Notes under the pieces: model-generated
What the model was told of the DNA's origin: nothing
Seen by the model: the letters and a program-made list of their open reading frames with translations, nothing else
Databases searched by the model: none
Assembly (NCBI RefSeq): GCF_001194135.2
Contig: NC_068983.1
Span: 125,328,433 to 125,360,889 of the forward strand
Length of the DNA: 32,457 bases
From: Octopus bimaculoides
Lineage: Eukaryota
Direction: 5' to 3'
Program-made: the position numbers and the translations under genes
Shown here: positions 1 to 11,157 of the stretch, one piece after another
How positions within the stretch are numbered: the first letter of the stretch is position 1
Layout: every line of letters starts with the position of its first letter

Positions 1-32
<32 letters not shown>

Positions 33-34
33 AA

Positions 35-198
35 TATATGAGTATATGCATATATATGTACATGTATGTACATACCTTCATCTACATGTACACATAGATA
101 CATAACTGGGTTCATGACGTGGCAAAAGAACATGGACAAAATGATAAACAAGGTACAACAAACAAGCAAGCCACATAGAAACATCTCCTTCATCAGCT
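35..198 (-). repeat. Interspersed repeat, copy 1; copy 2 is at 27458-27617
   Basis: The reverse complement reads agctgatgaaggagatgtt...gtttatcattttgtc...cccag(t/a)tatg(t/c)atct...gtacatacatgtac and aligns by eye with 27458-27617 (+). Confidence 0.75.
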
Positions 199-369
199 AG
201 GGTGCGTGAGGTATATCAGGACATACATTTTAGGTTTCATTGTTGCACTTTTTTCTAACTCTGTATAAGTTTTGTTTCAGAAATTAATCATGGCAACCCC
301 TCAGTTTACTCAAGAAATGAAGATGCATGTTTTTATTGTGGTTATAAATGGTGATCATAACGATTTATA

Positions 370-1290
370 CAGACCCTTGCAAAAGTCTACACCCGTTTGA
401 AAATTTATATATTTTGTATAATTTAACAGGAAACAACACATTTTTTCAATTCCAATGATTGTTAAATAATAAGTAGATCCATCAAACTTATCTTTGATAT
501 AAAAATTACATTTTTAAAATTTCACACTTATAATTAAAATTATATAACTTAGAGAAATGTCTTTGCAAAAGTCTACACCCCCTTTGGAATGTCTTCTGCT
601 AATACTTTGTGGAGGATTCTGCTGAGTCAATTACAACCTGCAGACGCCTCGGGTAGCCTTCCAGGAGCTTCCTGCAGTGGTCTGCTGACAGTTTTCGGCA
701 TTCTTCATAGTAGATCTTCTCGAGCTGTGTCAGATTGTATGGGGAACGTCGGTGCACAGCCAGCTTTAGATCTCGCCATAGATTTTCTATACGATTGAGG
801 TCTGGAGACTGGCTGGGCCACTCCAAAACTGTGATTTTCTTGCTAGCAAACCAAGCTTTAGTGCTATTTGACACATGCTTGGGGTCGTTATCTTGTTGAA
901 ACTTGAAATAGGCTTCAGAAGGGGCTTTTTTCTAGCTACCCTTCCTTGCAGGCCAGATCGCTGCAATACTTCGGAAATTGTAGATGCATGGAGACCTGTC
1001 CCAGGACTGGAAACGGAAGGTTTCAAGTCTTCCAGTGTTGCACTAGGGCTGGAGGTTGTCTCCCGGACCAGATTTGACTTTGCTCTTCTGCTAAGTTTGC
1101 TCGGTATCCCAGATCTTGGTAGGGTAGAAGTGGTTTTGTGCACTAACCTCTTCCTAACTACAGTTTTAAAAGTGCTTAGGGGCAATTCTAAAGAGAGTTC
1201 AGAAACAAGAACTTTTATTAGCTTCAAAATCTTCCACCTTATCATCTTCACTTCGAGTGTTTTGTGTGGAGACAACTAGTTTCTTGACAT
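370..1290 (-). mobile_element. Tc1-family DNA transposon, internally deleted and with stops; IR/DR-type end at 370-590
   Basis: Start is ATG TCA AGA AAC TAG at 1290. The HTH region reads TLPRSGIPSKLS...GRVARKKPLL, followed by FQQDNDPKH...WPSQSPDLNRIENLW...STKY* (stop 599-601). TA at 368-369 precedes CAGACCCTTGCAAAAGTCTACACCC, and TTGCAAAAGTCTACACCC recurs at ~563-580. Confidence 0.93.
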
Positions 1291-1744
1291 CAAATCTCCC
1301 ATTATCTGTAATATATTGTGACTACAGTACACTAATGCAAGTAGATTACAGATTGTGACGAATCTTTTTGCACGAATCTGATAGTGATTCGTGTCAGTGG
1401 TCGCACTTGATGTCCTCCCAGTGTGAGATTATTCTTAAGTAATAATTTTCAGTATTTTAAAATTCGTTCATCTGTGCGCATTCCTCTTGCCAAGGGCGTC
1501 GTCTCTGTAAACGACGTGTAACTCCACATTTACACTCCACATTTGCCAAGAACTTATTTACGGATCGTTGCTTCTACTTGCAGAACATTATATTCCTGAA
1601 ATGAAGAGGAACAGGAATAAAGTTACTAGAGAGGAATAGTTTCTGTACATTCACGTGCAATTTAACGACCAATCGCAGTTAATAAAAGTTTTACCAACCT
1701 ACTTTCTGCATAACTCTGTGTTTGTATATGCGTGTATGTATATG

Positions 1745-1785
<41 letters not shown>

Positions 1786-2220
1786 GTACTGAAGTTACAA
1801 ATTACTAATGTTCTCAGGGAGGCCGACACTATATTGAATATTTTCACATATTCAACAGCGAGTTAACAAGCGCGTATCATTTAATCCTGTGGCCTACCAT
1901 TTCCATTAAAATTACTGTCTTTTATATTATTATATATTAAGTATTGAAGCGGATAAGTGAATAAATTGATTAACATCTTAGATTTCATATGATTTCATAA
2001 TTCCAAATCCGTTGCAGACGTTACAATGTTTATAGAGGGAGACCTTTAAATTATGCATTTCACGGTTTACCGATTCTTCGAGAATTTAAGAAATATTTAT
2101 GCACTATAGTACTGCTCTAACCAGACAGTCATTCATACAAACATTCCTTCCAGAATCTTAACATGGCTAAATCTAATTTCCTGCTGAATGTACTTCTTTG
2201 GATCATAATGACTTCATTAT

Positions 2221-2363
2221 TTAGTTTCTTCTGAAGGCGCGGTTGGTGGAATCGGAATCAATACTGCCATCTATGATACTGTTTTCTAGTATTTCTTCAT
2301 GCCTCATTATGTTACAAGGTTCGGTTCCCAGTCTGCTATACCTTTGAAACTTCTTCACAGGAT
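2221..2363 (-). CDS. Candidate terminal coding exon of an unidentified gene
   Basis: Acceptor-like gtgattttatAG at 2365-2364, then the open frame (D)PVKKFQRYSRLGTEPCNIMRHEEILENSIIDGSIDSDSTNRAFRRN*. The sequence is not repetitive and I recognise no homolog. Confidence 0.25.
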
Positions 2364-2989
2364 CTATAAAATCACTAACATGCATGTAGAGAATGCATCT
2401 ATGTTATTAATCGACTAGTGAGAGTATCAAAAAGAGTCGGTAGAGAGGATGCTGTATTTCTTTGTTTCCTTTGCATTCGATAGTCTATAAAATTTAACTT
2501 TTATGCTTCTAACGTTAAACTTATGCACAAACCTGTACAGTAGCCAATTCAATTACATCGAATAGATTTGACTTTAAAAATTTAATATCTCGATTAAAAG
2601 CCAGAAATCACTGCTGCGTAAATAATACATTCAATTCTACCTTGCAGAGATATACAAATTGTAAGTTTTATCAGAGGTTATCTTTAAACGCATACAATCT
2701 ATGAGGCAGATTTTCCCAATAAAAATACAGAATTTTAAGTCTCCAAAGAAAGAAAGTAATGCATTCAAAACCGATGCTTCAGATGAGTATAATAAAGATT
2801 AACCATTATAGTATAAACATTGAAAAAAAAAAAAATAAATAAATAAAACGGATTAGCTTTGAAGGTTATAAAAGGCATATTTTCAAAAGTGTCTATAATC
2901 CTTACTAATTTGTGGATAGAATTGATTGCATTTTCAAAGATTGCACACGTTAATCATTGTCGTCTTTCATACGGACCTATACGCACACC

Positions 2990-3096
2990 CACCCCAACCC
3001 ACACACATTCAAACACAGGCATACATATTTACACACACGCACACACACACATATATATATATAACCATACATGCAGGCATACACACATATATACAT

Positions 3097-3150
<54 letters not shown>
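2990..3150. repeat. Compound (AC)n/(AT)n microsatellite
   Basis: Seen directly in the sequence. Confidence 0.95.
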
Positions 3151-3159
3151 GGATAATAA

Positions 3160-3295
3160 TAATAATAAATGGAGCAAAACGCATATGAATATAAGTTTCT
3201 TTAATTCTTACATATGTTTTAAAATAAATGAGAGCTCTTTCACAAAGAAGTAAGAGTTGCTGGGATTCCTCATACATTTCTCTTCGGGGAGTTCA
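3160..3295 (-). mobile_element. PLE-type terminal fragment with degenerate hammerhead; homologous to 29245-29378
   Basis: Shares aataaatggagcaaaacgcatat...ttaatt...ttctcttc(g/a)ggga with 29245-29378. On the minus strand the core reads CCGAAGA...AAAA-catat-GTA. Confidence 0.65.
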
Positions 3296-3609
3296 TAATA
3301 AAACATATAATAGCAAGACAAAAACTAAATGATGAGGTAACTTACGATCAGAGATGTTACATGGTCAGTGACCGTTAGAAGGTTTGTTTACATAGAGATA
3401 TAAAGGGGTCAATGATATTATTCCATGGGCTTTAGGAATAAGAACGCTTGTTTACATAGAGGGAGGGTGTTGTAAACGTAATGCTAAAGGTTAAACTCAG
3501 AGAGTTATTTAAATAGGGGGAGAAAGACAAATATGTTGTAGTTCTGTTAAATTTGAAAGAGCGTGAGCTAATTGCTGAGTCACGCATACTCACAAACATT
3601 GATTTATAC

Positions 3610-3676
3610 ATACAAACACGCACACACATTCACACATATATACATGCATACACACGTATATACATCCATACATACA

Positions 3677-3750
<74 letters not shown>

Positions 3751-3760
3751 CACACACAAA
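3610..3760. repeat. (AC)n microsatellite with degenerate flanks
   Basis: Seen directly in the sequence. Confidence 0.95.
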
Positions 3761-4002
3761 TATCCGTGAGTGTGACATGTCATCCATTTGTGTGTATTTG
3801 TATTTGTATATATATGCCTGTTTCTGTACCTACATATGCATATTTGTGATCCTTGCCAATGTCCCTGCACATGTCAAATCTAATGATACCCGCAAGCCAA
3901 TATTGAAATACGTGCACTAATATTCTATTTAGGGTACTTGTTTTTATACTAACGGCTCGTTGAAAAAACCCAATTTGAATTAATTTTAATATCTATTTGT
4001 GT

Positions 4003-4227
4003 AAAGGCAACGAACTGGTAGAATCATTAGCCCATCTGGCAAAATGGTCAGTGACATTTCGTCCGTCTTTACATTCTGAATTCAAATTCTGCCGTGGTCG
4101 ACTTTCGGGGTCAATAAAACATTCTGCAGTGGTCATTATTTCGGGGATCAATAAAACAAGTATTAGACGAGTACTGGGGTCTATGTATACCATCGTTAAT
4201 GGCCTTGTGCCGAAAGTTGAAAACAAT
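4003..4227 (+). mobile_element. tRNA-derived SINE (octopod type), decayed
   Basis: Head aaggcaacgaactggtagaatcattag with a B-box-like gaattcaaattc, core gtcgactt...ttcggggtcaataaaa, and tail ggccttgtgccgaaagttgaaa. The same family occurs at 19935-20024 and 20402-20512. Confidence 0.75.
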
Positions 4228-4725
4228 ATCTATTTCTGCATTCACATATTTGTTCATGGTGTAATCATGATATATTTTTCCTGTCGTGTCTATTCAAGCT
4301 CATAAGCGGGTGTAATGTTTTCTTTATGTACTCACTATAATAGAGCGAATCAGTGACGTACGGAGAACAAATTATGAGATCACAGACCAATAAGCACACA
4401 CTTGGTTAAGAGTCCCTCCATAGACACTCATCCACGGGACCATGTAAACACCACCCCTACATCAATCCATCACACTTACTAATGTCACTATCTTTTGATC
4501 CCAACCCTTAGTTCAGTCAATGAAGAGCAAACTTCATAAAGATTATCACGTAGCTAGAATCTCAATAAATATTCCAAAGCCTGAAAGATTCATAGATGAA
4601 ACAGGCAGGGATTCGCATATATCGCTATTTCCATTCCTGATATAGAGACTATACTACATAATAAATAATGAACATTATGTACGCACAACAATATTACCAA
4701 GATTATTGATGCATACAGACATACA

Positions 4726-4756
<31 letters not shown>

Positions 4757-5023
4757 GTTTCTATCCTGATGATGGAGGCTCGCCTTATGGGATGTTAATA
4801 TCATCCATACGGCCGCATATCGTGATGAACTACATCTACGAACATTATTATGGATCTCCGAGCCCTCAGAGACAGCTCTTGGACTTATAACACCTTTCTT
4901 CCACCCGTTTAATTTTCTCTGTCGTTTTTAGTCTCTGTAAGTTGAACCTATTAATAAAAATATCCATATATTTATAATAGAAAATTCATGTGAAAGTCTC
5001 CGCATTTAACTTTTTCTCGTTTT

Positions 5024-5077
5024 GGTGCACCAGCATGACCGCAGCCACTTGGCTGAAACACATTAAAAAAAAAAAAA
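5024..5077 (+). mobile_element. Probable SINE 3' end with A tail
   Basis: ggtgcaccagcatgaccgcagccacttggctgaaaca followed by an A-run. It resembles a common octopod repeat terminus, from recall. Confidence 0.45.
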
Positions 5078-5302
5078 TATATATATATATCTTTATAAAT
5101 TATGTGTTAGAGGTTATGCAACCGTCTAAGGGATAAATGTATCTGTAGACACTACTGGTGTATTACTTAACTATGTATAGGCCTATAAGTTTAATAATAG
5201 TTGATAATTTGAATGGTAAACTGTGGTTTAATATATTCAGTTAAGGAAAGAAATGGAGCTACAGTTAACAATTAGAAGATGATCATTTGTATTAAATGGT
5301 CA

Positions 5303-5318
5303 TACACACACACACACA

Positions 5319-5374
<56 letters not shown>

Positions 5375-5389
5375 CAGAGAGAGAGAGAG
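5303..5389. repeat. (AC)n(AT)n(AG)n microsatellite running into a gap
   Basis: Seen directly in the sequence. Confidence 0.95.
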
Positions 5390-5511
5390 NNNNNNNNNNN
5401 NNNNNNNNNNNNNNNNNNNNNNNNNNNNNNNNNNNNNNNNNNNNNNNNNNNNNNNNNNNNNNNNNNNNNNNNNNNNNNNNNNNNNNNNNNNNNNNNNNNN
5501 NNNNNNNNNNN
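5390..5511. other. Assembly gap
   Basis: Run of N. Confidence 1.
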
Positions 5512-5554
5512 TGATATATATATATATATATATATCTGTTAAAGTCTGTCATAC

Positions 5555-5592
5555 CGGCCATGACGAAGGGAAATACCCCTGAAACTCGATTC
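5555..5592 (+). ncRNA. Degenerate hammerhead ribozyme motif
   Basis: aTGACGA-aggg-aaatac-ccct-GAAA-ctcgattc. Stem II is perfect, but C3 is replaced and stem I is not formed. Confidence 0.45.
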
Positions 5593-7079
5593 CCCTTTAT
5601 ATATATATATTTATATTTATATATTTATATATTTGATCCTTTATATTGAACACTCAATATTTCATCTATATTCAATACTTTCTTTCATGGTGCCATCCAT
5701 TTTTATTTTATTTTATTTTATATTGTATATTGTATATCATATTATATATTGTATATTCCATATTCTATACCCCACATTAGTTCTGCAGGAATATAAATAA
5801 AACATAAAAAACAGACAGTGTTGGAACTCTTTTAAGCAAAATAATATATATATATACATCAGGTACATATAGCAAGCCATATTAAAGATACAAGCCTGTT
5901 ATATTCACATTAAATCTACTGTTGTTGGACAGAGGTTTTGCCACATTCTGAAACGTATTAAAATTCATAGTGAATTTAACAACTGTATGTGTTAATAAAT
6001 ATATCATCTACAGAGTAATTACTTCAGCTTCGATACACTGTCTCAGCAAATACAATGTTACATATTCGAGTGGCAGTTTAATAAAAAACATATTGGACTT
6101 TCAAACTTGATAAGAACAGATTTCATACATAAAAGCAATAAAAGCAATACTGGATACGCTGATTGTATTCGATCCATGAGACTATCTATTTCTGCATCGC
6201 GATTATTCCAACTGCATCACAACACTGCATTGAGCTTGCAGTCCCATATCTGCATTTTAATATAACGTTAACATATTCCTGTTTCAACAAATAAGATGAA
6301 AATAAACTACCTGAACTTAATAGATGCATATAAAATACGATTACAGATGAAATAAATGCTTTAAAAGCGAAGGGGAATAACCGTATTTGTTGTTATAATC
6401 AGCAATCAGTTGTGAAATGCCCTGTAGCTGAATATACGAATTTCCACCATGAACGCATCAAGAATGTTGACTTATTCTCAGACATTTCGAAATGCGGTCA
6501 TTAAAATGGTAACTATAAGCGACAGTTAAAATGTTTCAGGGAATATAGTGTATATGGCCCTAAAGCATAATCATTATCGAGTCTTTTTTATTTCCACAAC
6601 TCCATCGATCTGTTTACTGCAAATTAATAATATTTCACTAATGCAATGTGCAGTAAACATCTCAGTAATGGAATCTCTGCAGTACGCCTATTTACAGAAA
6701 TGAAAGTTCACACGTCTTTCCAAAATGCAGCAATGTCTATCAGCCTACTTTCTGCTACAAGTTACATAACTATTGGCATATTATTTTTCTGGACGAAGTA
6801 TAAATATAATGAACGGAACTATGTTATAATAAACATATAGTCTAAATATTCATAATTGGTTTCTTTAAAATAAATAATATTTTTCTTTATTAATAGAAAA
6901 CAAGATACCATTCTCAAAGAACCTTCATACTGAGCCAGTCTCTATCTTCACTTGAAAGGACATTTGCACCGGTAATGTACTTAGTGTGTGTCGTAATTCC
7001 TTACTTCTTGTTTCATAGGAAGGAAACCTATGTATTCTCACATTACTAAAGTTATTTTGAAAGAAATAAAAATCAATAG

Positions 7080-7620
7080 GGCAAGAGTGAGTAGGAGTTG
7101 AGAGAGGAAGTAGGTCTCAGGTGAAGAGAGGAGAGGAGGGGAGTCAGATGAACTTGGGAGGGGTGTTGAGCCCATGTGCCGCAATGGAGCGAAGCGAGAA
7201 GATTAAATTCTGTTCACGGCGACGGTGGGAGTCCGGATGGCGCCTGTGCAAAGACAACCCGAACACAAACAGGTGTTGCAATGAATGACTGGTATAGCGG
7301 AAATGGTGAGAGACCGGAGTGTCTTTGCCGAGACTAAAGTTTCGGAGGTGCTCCGTGAACCGGTCAGCCAAGCGGTGTCCTGTTTAACCGATGTACAGAG
7401 AAGGACAACAGAAAGAGCAGGAGATGCAGTAAATGACGTTGTTAGAAGTGCAGGTAAAGGAGTCACTGATATGAAAGGGATGATGATGAGTGCCTGTAAT
7501 GATGGCAGTGCTGGAGAGGTCGGCAGGTAAAGGAGTCACTGAGAGGGAGCAGAGGCACGGTCCAGAGAACGAGCACTGGCAAGGACGATATGGATAGTGG
7601 TGAGAGGATGTCCACGAAGG
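7080..7620 (-). mobile_element. Penelope-like element 3' end: GIY-YIG endonuclease, frameshifted
   Basis: FTCTSNNVIYCISCSFCCPSLYIG followed by RLADRFTEHLR...PVSHHF...REQNLIFSLRSIAAHGLN...* (stop 7144-7146). A pyrimidine-rich tail follows. Confidence 0.88.
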
Positions 7621-7629
7621 ATGAAGTAT

Positions 7630-7646
7630 ATGTATATGTATGTGTT

Positions 7647-7713
<67 letters not shown>

Positions 7714-7772
7714 TGGTAAGATCAACCGAAATGGACATATAATTGTCTATAATATATATATATATATATATA
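7630..7772. repeat. (AT)n microsatellites
   Basis: Seen directly in the sequence. Confidence 0.9.
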
Positions 7773-8617
7773 CAAGGTGCGGTGAACAAACTGTCGTCTA
7801 AATTAGGCAAATATGAAAATGACACCATCTTATTTTAAGAAATATATTTACCAAAATTACATAAAAATATTTGGAAATAATTTATTCAATAAAATCGCTA
7901 TTAACTTCAACCACGGCCTCCAGACCACTTCAGAATCTCCTGTGATACTTCTAAAGGGTTTCCTTGTCTAAAATGGTGAAAACTGCCATAATCCTTGCCT
8001 TCAGTTCATCTTTGGTGTTTCAAGGAGTTTAGTTTCTCTCTCGCTCAACTGCGCCCCCACATTTAATAACCAAGTGGGTTGTAAACTGGGGAAGTAGGTG
8101 GCCATATGCTAGGTGTGATGTGGTCGCAGAAATTGTTTGACGAACATGACTGTGTACTTCTGCTTTTGTGGCATGATGCAGAGTCCTGTTGCCAGATACA
8201 CGGCAGCGCTACCTCCTCCAGACACTTGATGTAGGCCCCCGTGTTAAATGTGAGGCGGTATGGGAATACGAATGGAGAAATAATATCACCATCGCTAGTG
8301 GTCACTCTAAACACCATGATTTTGACGGGATGTTTGATTTTTATCATTCTCTGTACATGTCCTCAGCTTGCACTGTCCTTATATTTCCACCCAAACACAC
8401 TGAAACGTTCGTATTGTAGCTTCCGGCACAAACGCCAAGCAGTACAGCATGTCGTCTCCGAGTCTCTGGCAGAGTGAATTGCGTCATGGTGCTGTTCTCC
8501 TCCCAGACATTGCCCAACCGACCCTACTATATTGTGTAGTCAAGAAAATCAAAGCAACAACTACACATGCACGAAATGAAAATTATAAAATAGAGACAAT
8601 TTACCCATCGCACACAA
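7773..8617 (-). mobile_element. maT-like (DD37D) Tc1/mariner-superfamily transposon, internally deleted
   Basis: ATG at 8487 gives MTQFTLPETRRRHAVLLG. The catalytic part reads WQQDSASCH...IWPPTSPVYNPLGY with 37 residues between the second D and the third catalytic position (now G); stop at 7882. The degenerate TIRs are caaggtgcggtgaacaaactgtc after TA, and the reverse complement gtgcgatgggtaaattgtc at ~8595-8613. Confidence 0.85.
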
Positions 8618-8771
<154 letters not shown>

Positions 8772-9229
8772 ATGTATATGCGCCGTTCCATTTCAAAATG
8801 TTGAAATGTTTATTTATTTATTCATCACATGAAACCTGAAACTGTGCCGCAAAGATTCTTTATCGAATTATATTTCCGGTGATCAAATATGTTCAAATCA
8901 CAACTTTTAAATGAAAGTAGAACACTATGACAAGGTGAATCGATAAGTATGCATTCATAATAAAAATAGCATGCAGTAAATTACCAGTAAACGACGTAGC
9001 ACAGTGATAGAGACAGGTACGTTGAAGGTTATAAAATCTAGTTACGCTAGAAAACCGTATAACATATGGAATATACTGACTTATTGCCTGAAATCACCGA
9101 GAGGTGGTGTAGTGACGGAGCAAGCGATTACTTTAAAAAACAAAAAAACATAAATAAAAAAAACATGCATTTCAGCATTCTTTCTTTTGTTTAGCTATCG
9201 CAATATATATATATATATATATATATATA

Positions 9230-9711
9230 NNNNNNNNNNNNNNNNNNNNNNNNNNNNNNNNNNNNNNNNNNNNNNNNNNNNNNNNNNNNNNNNNNNNNNN
9301 NNNNNNNNNNNNNNNNNNNNNNNNNNNNNNNNNNNNNNNNNNNNNNNNNNNNNNNNNNNNNNNNNNNNNNNNNNNNNNNNNNNNNNNNNNNNNNNNNNNN
9401 NNNNNNNNNNNNNNNNNNNNNNNNNNNNNNNNNNNNNNNNNNNNNNNNNNNNNNNNNNNNNNNNNNNNNNNNNNNNNNNNNNNNNNNNNNNNNNNNNNNN
9501 NNNNNNNNNNNNNNNNNNNNNNNNNNNNNNNNNNNNNNNNNNNNNNNNNNNNNNNNNNNNNNNNNNNNNNNNNNNNNNNNNNNNNNNNNNNNNNNNNNNN
9601 NNNNNNNNNNNNNNNNNNNNNNNNNNNNNNNNNNNNNNNNNNNNNNNNNNNNNNNNNNNNNNNNNNNNNNNNNNNNNNNNNNNNNNNNNNNNNNNNNNNN
9701 NNNNNNNNNNN
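9230..9711. other. Assembly gap
   Basis: Run of N. Confidence 1.
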
Positions 9712-10034
9712 TATATATATATAAAAGAAATATTTGAGATTCGGTTCAATGAAGTACTTAAGACGAAGCACCAAATCGGTAAGTCGGTCTGGTAATATAA
9801 AACCGGACCGACTTGGGTAAGGTGAATGAAATTAAGATAAGCAACAGGATATCAAGAAAGGATGCAGTATGATCGTTCCAATTAATCGGAGCCGCTTGAA
9901 ATGGTCGTACTGCATAACGTCTTGATATCATGTTTCTTGTTTTGATTATATATATATATATATATATTTAACAGCTGCTTTCTCGTATACGAGCAGAACC
10001 ATTGCTAGAAAGAATCATTGAAACGACTTATTGA

Positions 10035-10335
10035 TGATGTAATGCGAGTCACTTGTATGACACTCAAACCCGGCCAAAGATTTGCACATTTTATTGCATG
10101 ATACACAGCTATGCTGGCTGGCAGAGGAAAGAAGGGCCACAGTATAGAGTATTTCCACATGCCTTTTCAATGCGCTACCTAAAGTTACACATTTCCACAG
10201 GTTGTACATGTTCTCTTCTGAACAATAGCCGTATCACAATTTACAAGGTGTTTATTTGTATTAGTTCTTTGAAGACTAACCAGGCCTGCATGACTCAAAA
10301 GTTTTTTTTCTCACAAATCACCAAAGTCTGGTGCT
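10035..10335 (-). mobile_element. Decayed three-C2H2-finger coding relic, probably an RTE LINE C-terminus
   Basis: Frameshifted VICEKKLLSHAGLVSLQRT / CTTCG...SALKRHVEI / CVSCNKMCKSLAGFECH. The finger pattern matches 12385-12690. Confidence 0.5.
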
Positions 10336-10509
10336 TTCATGTAATGTCCTGGCTTTGCCGACATGGTGTATCGATCTGAAAAAGGACGACAGCTTAAGAG
10401 GAAATACAAGATAAGGGGAGAAAGAAAAATATGTAAACTGATGACCTAAGGATCATTATCCCTAGAATATATGTATGCCCTTATATAAATATATATATGT
10501 CCTTATACA

Positions 10510-10722
10510 NNNNNNNNNNNNNNNNNNNNNNNNNNNNNNNNNNNNNNNNNNNNNNNNNNNNNNNNNNNNNNNNNNNNNNNNNNNNNNNNNNNNNNNNNNN
10601 NNNNNNNNNNNNNNNNNNNNNNNNNNNNNNNNNNNNNNNNNNNNNNNNNNNNNNNNNNNNNNNNNNNNNNNNNNNNNNNNNNNNNNNNNNNNNNNNNNNN
10701 NNNNNNNNNNNNNNNNNNNNNN
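10510..10722. other. Assembly gap
   Basis: Run of N. Confidence 1.
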
Positions 10723-10996
10723 GATGTAGTTCGACTTTGCCGAGGCCTTTAATAAGGTTGATAATGAAATGATATGTTAGAATCTACGTGACCGGTGTAT
10801 CACTGTAAACTGGGAGTGTGGCTGTATGATTGTTTTAAATGACAGAAATCAGTCAGTTGCAGTCAATTTAGCTATCTCTGTGAAGACATCGACCCGCAGA
10901 GGAATCCATCAAGGAACTGTGCCAGAACCACTACTGGTTGAGGTGGTTTTCTCAGACATGCCTTCAGCCATACAGTCAGCCACTCTCATCAGCTAT
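10723..10996 (+). mobile_element. LINE reverse transcriptase fragment (CR1/L2-like), decayed
   Basis: FDFAEAFNKVDN...KLGVWLYD...DRNQSVAVN...GIHQGTVPEPLL...SDMP...LISY matches the DFxKAFDxV / GVPQGTVLGPLLF / YADD motif series. Confidence 0.85.
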
Positions 10997-11157
10997 ATAT
11001 ATATATGTTTATATATAACGATGACCACTAAAGTGGACATTTAATGTGCTAGAAGATCACATGTGTCTACTAAGATCTAATAGAAATTCAGCGAAATACC
11101 AAACCGTATGCGGGCAAAACAGTGAAAATTACATAAATAAAATTAAAACATTGTTAT

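Noticed and set aside
1351-1383. gaatctttttgcacgaatctgata as the missing second Tc1 terminal repeat
   Set aside because: Only ttttgca and tctg match the expected reverse complement, and the rest of the ~220-bp IR is absent.
3350-3547. Minus-strand segment bounded by a good acceptor (tttaacAG) and donor (GTAAGT)
   Set aside because: All three frames contain stops.
2859-3870. HT/CV/YI-rich ORFs here and at 5279-5561, 8449-8772, 17342-17758, 26322-27587 and 29856-31993
   Set aside because: They are translations of dinucleotide microsatellites or N-gaps, not proteins.
6350-6507. Plus-strand open frame EINALKAKGNNRICCYNQQSVVKCPVAEYTNFHHERIKNVDLFSDISKCGH
   Set aside because: Weak splice signals, no recognisable motif, and a length within chance expectation.
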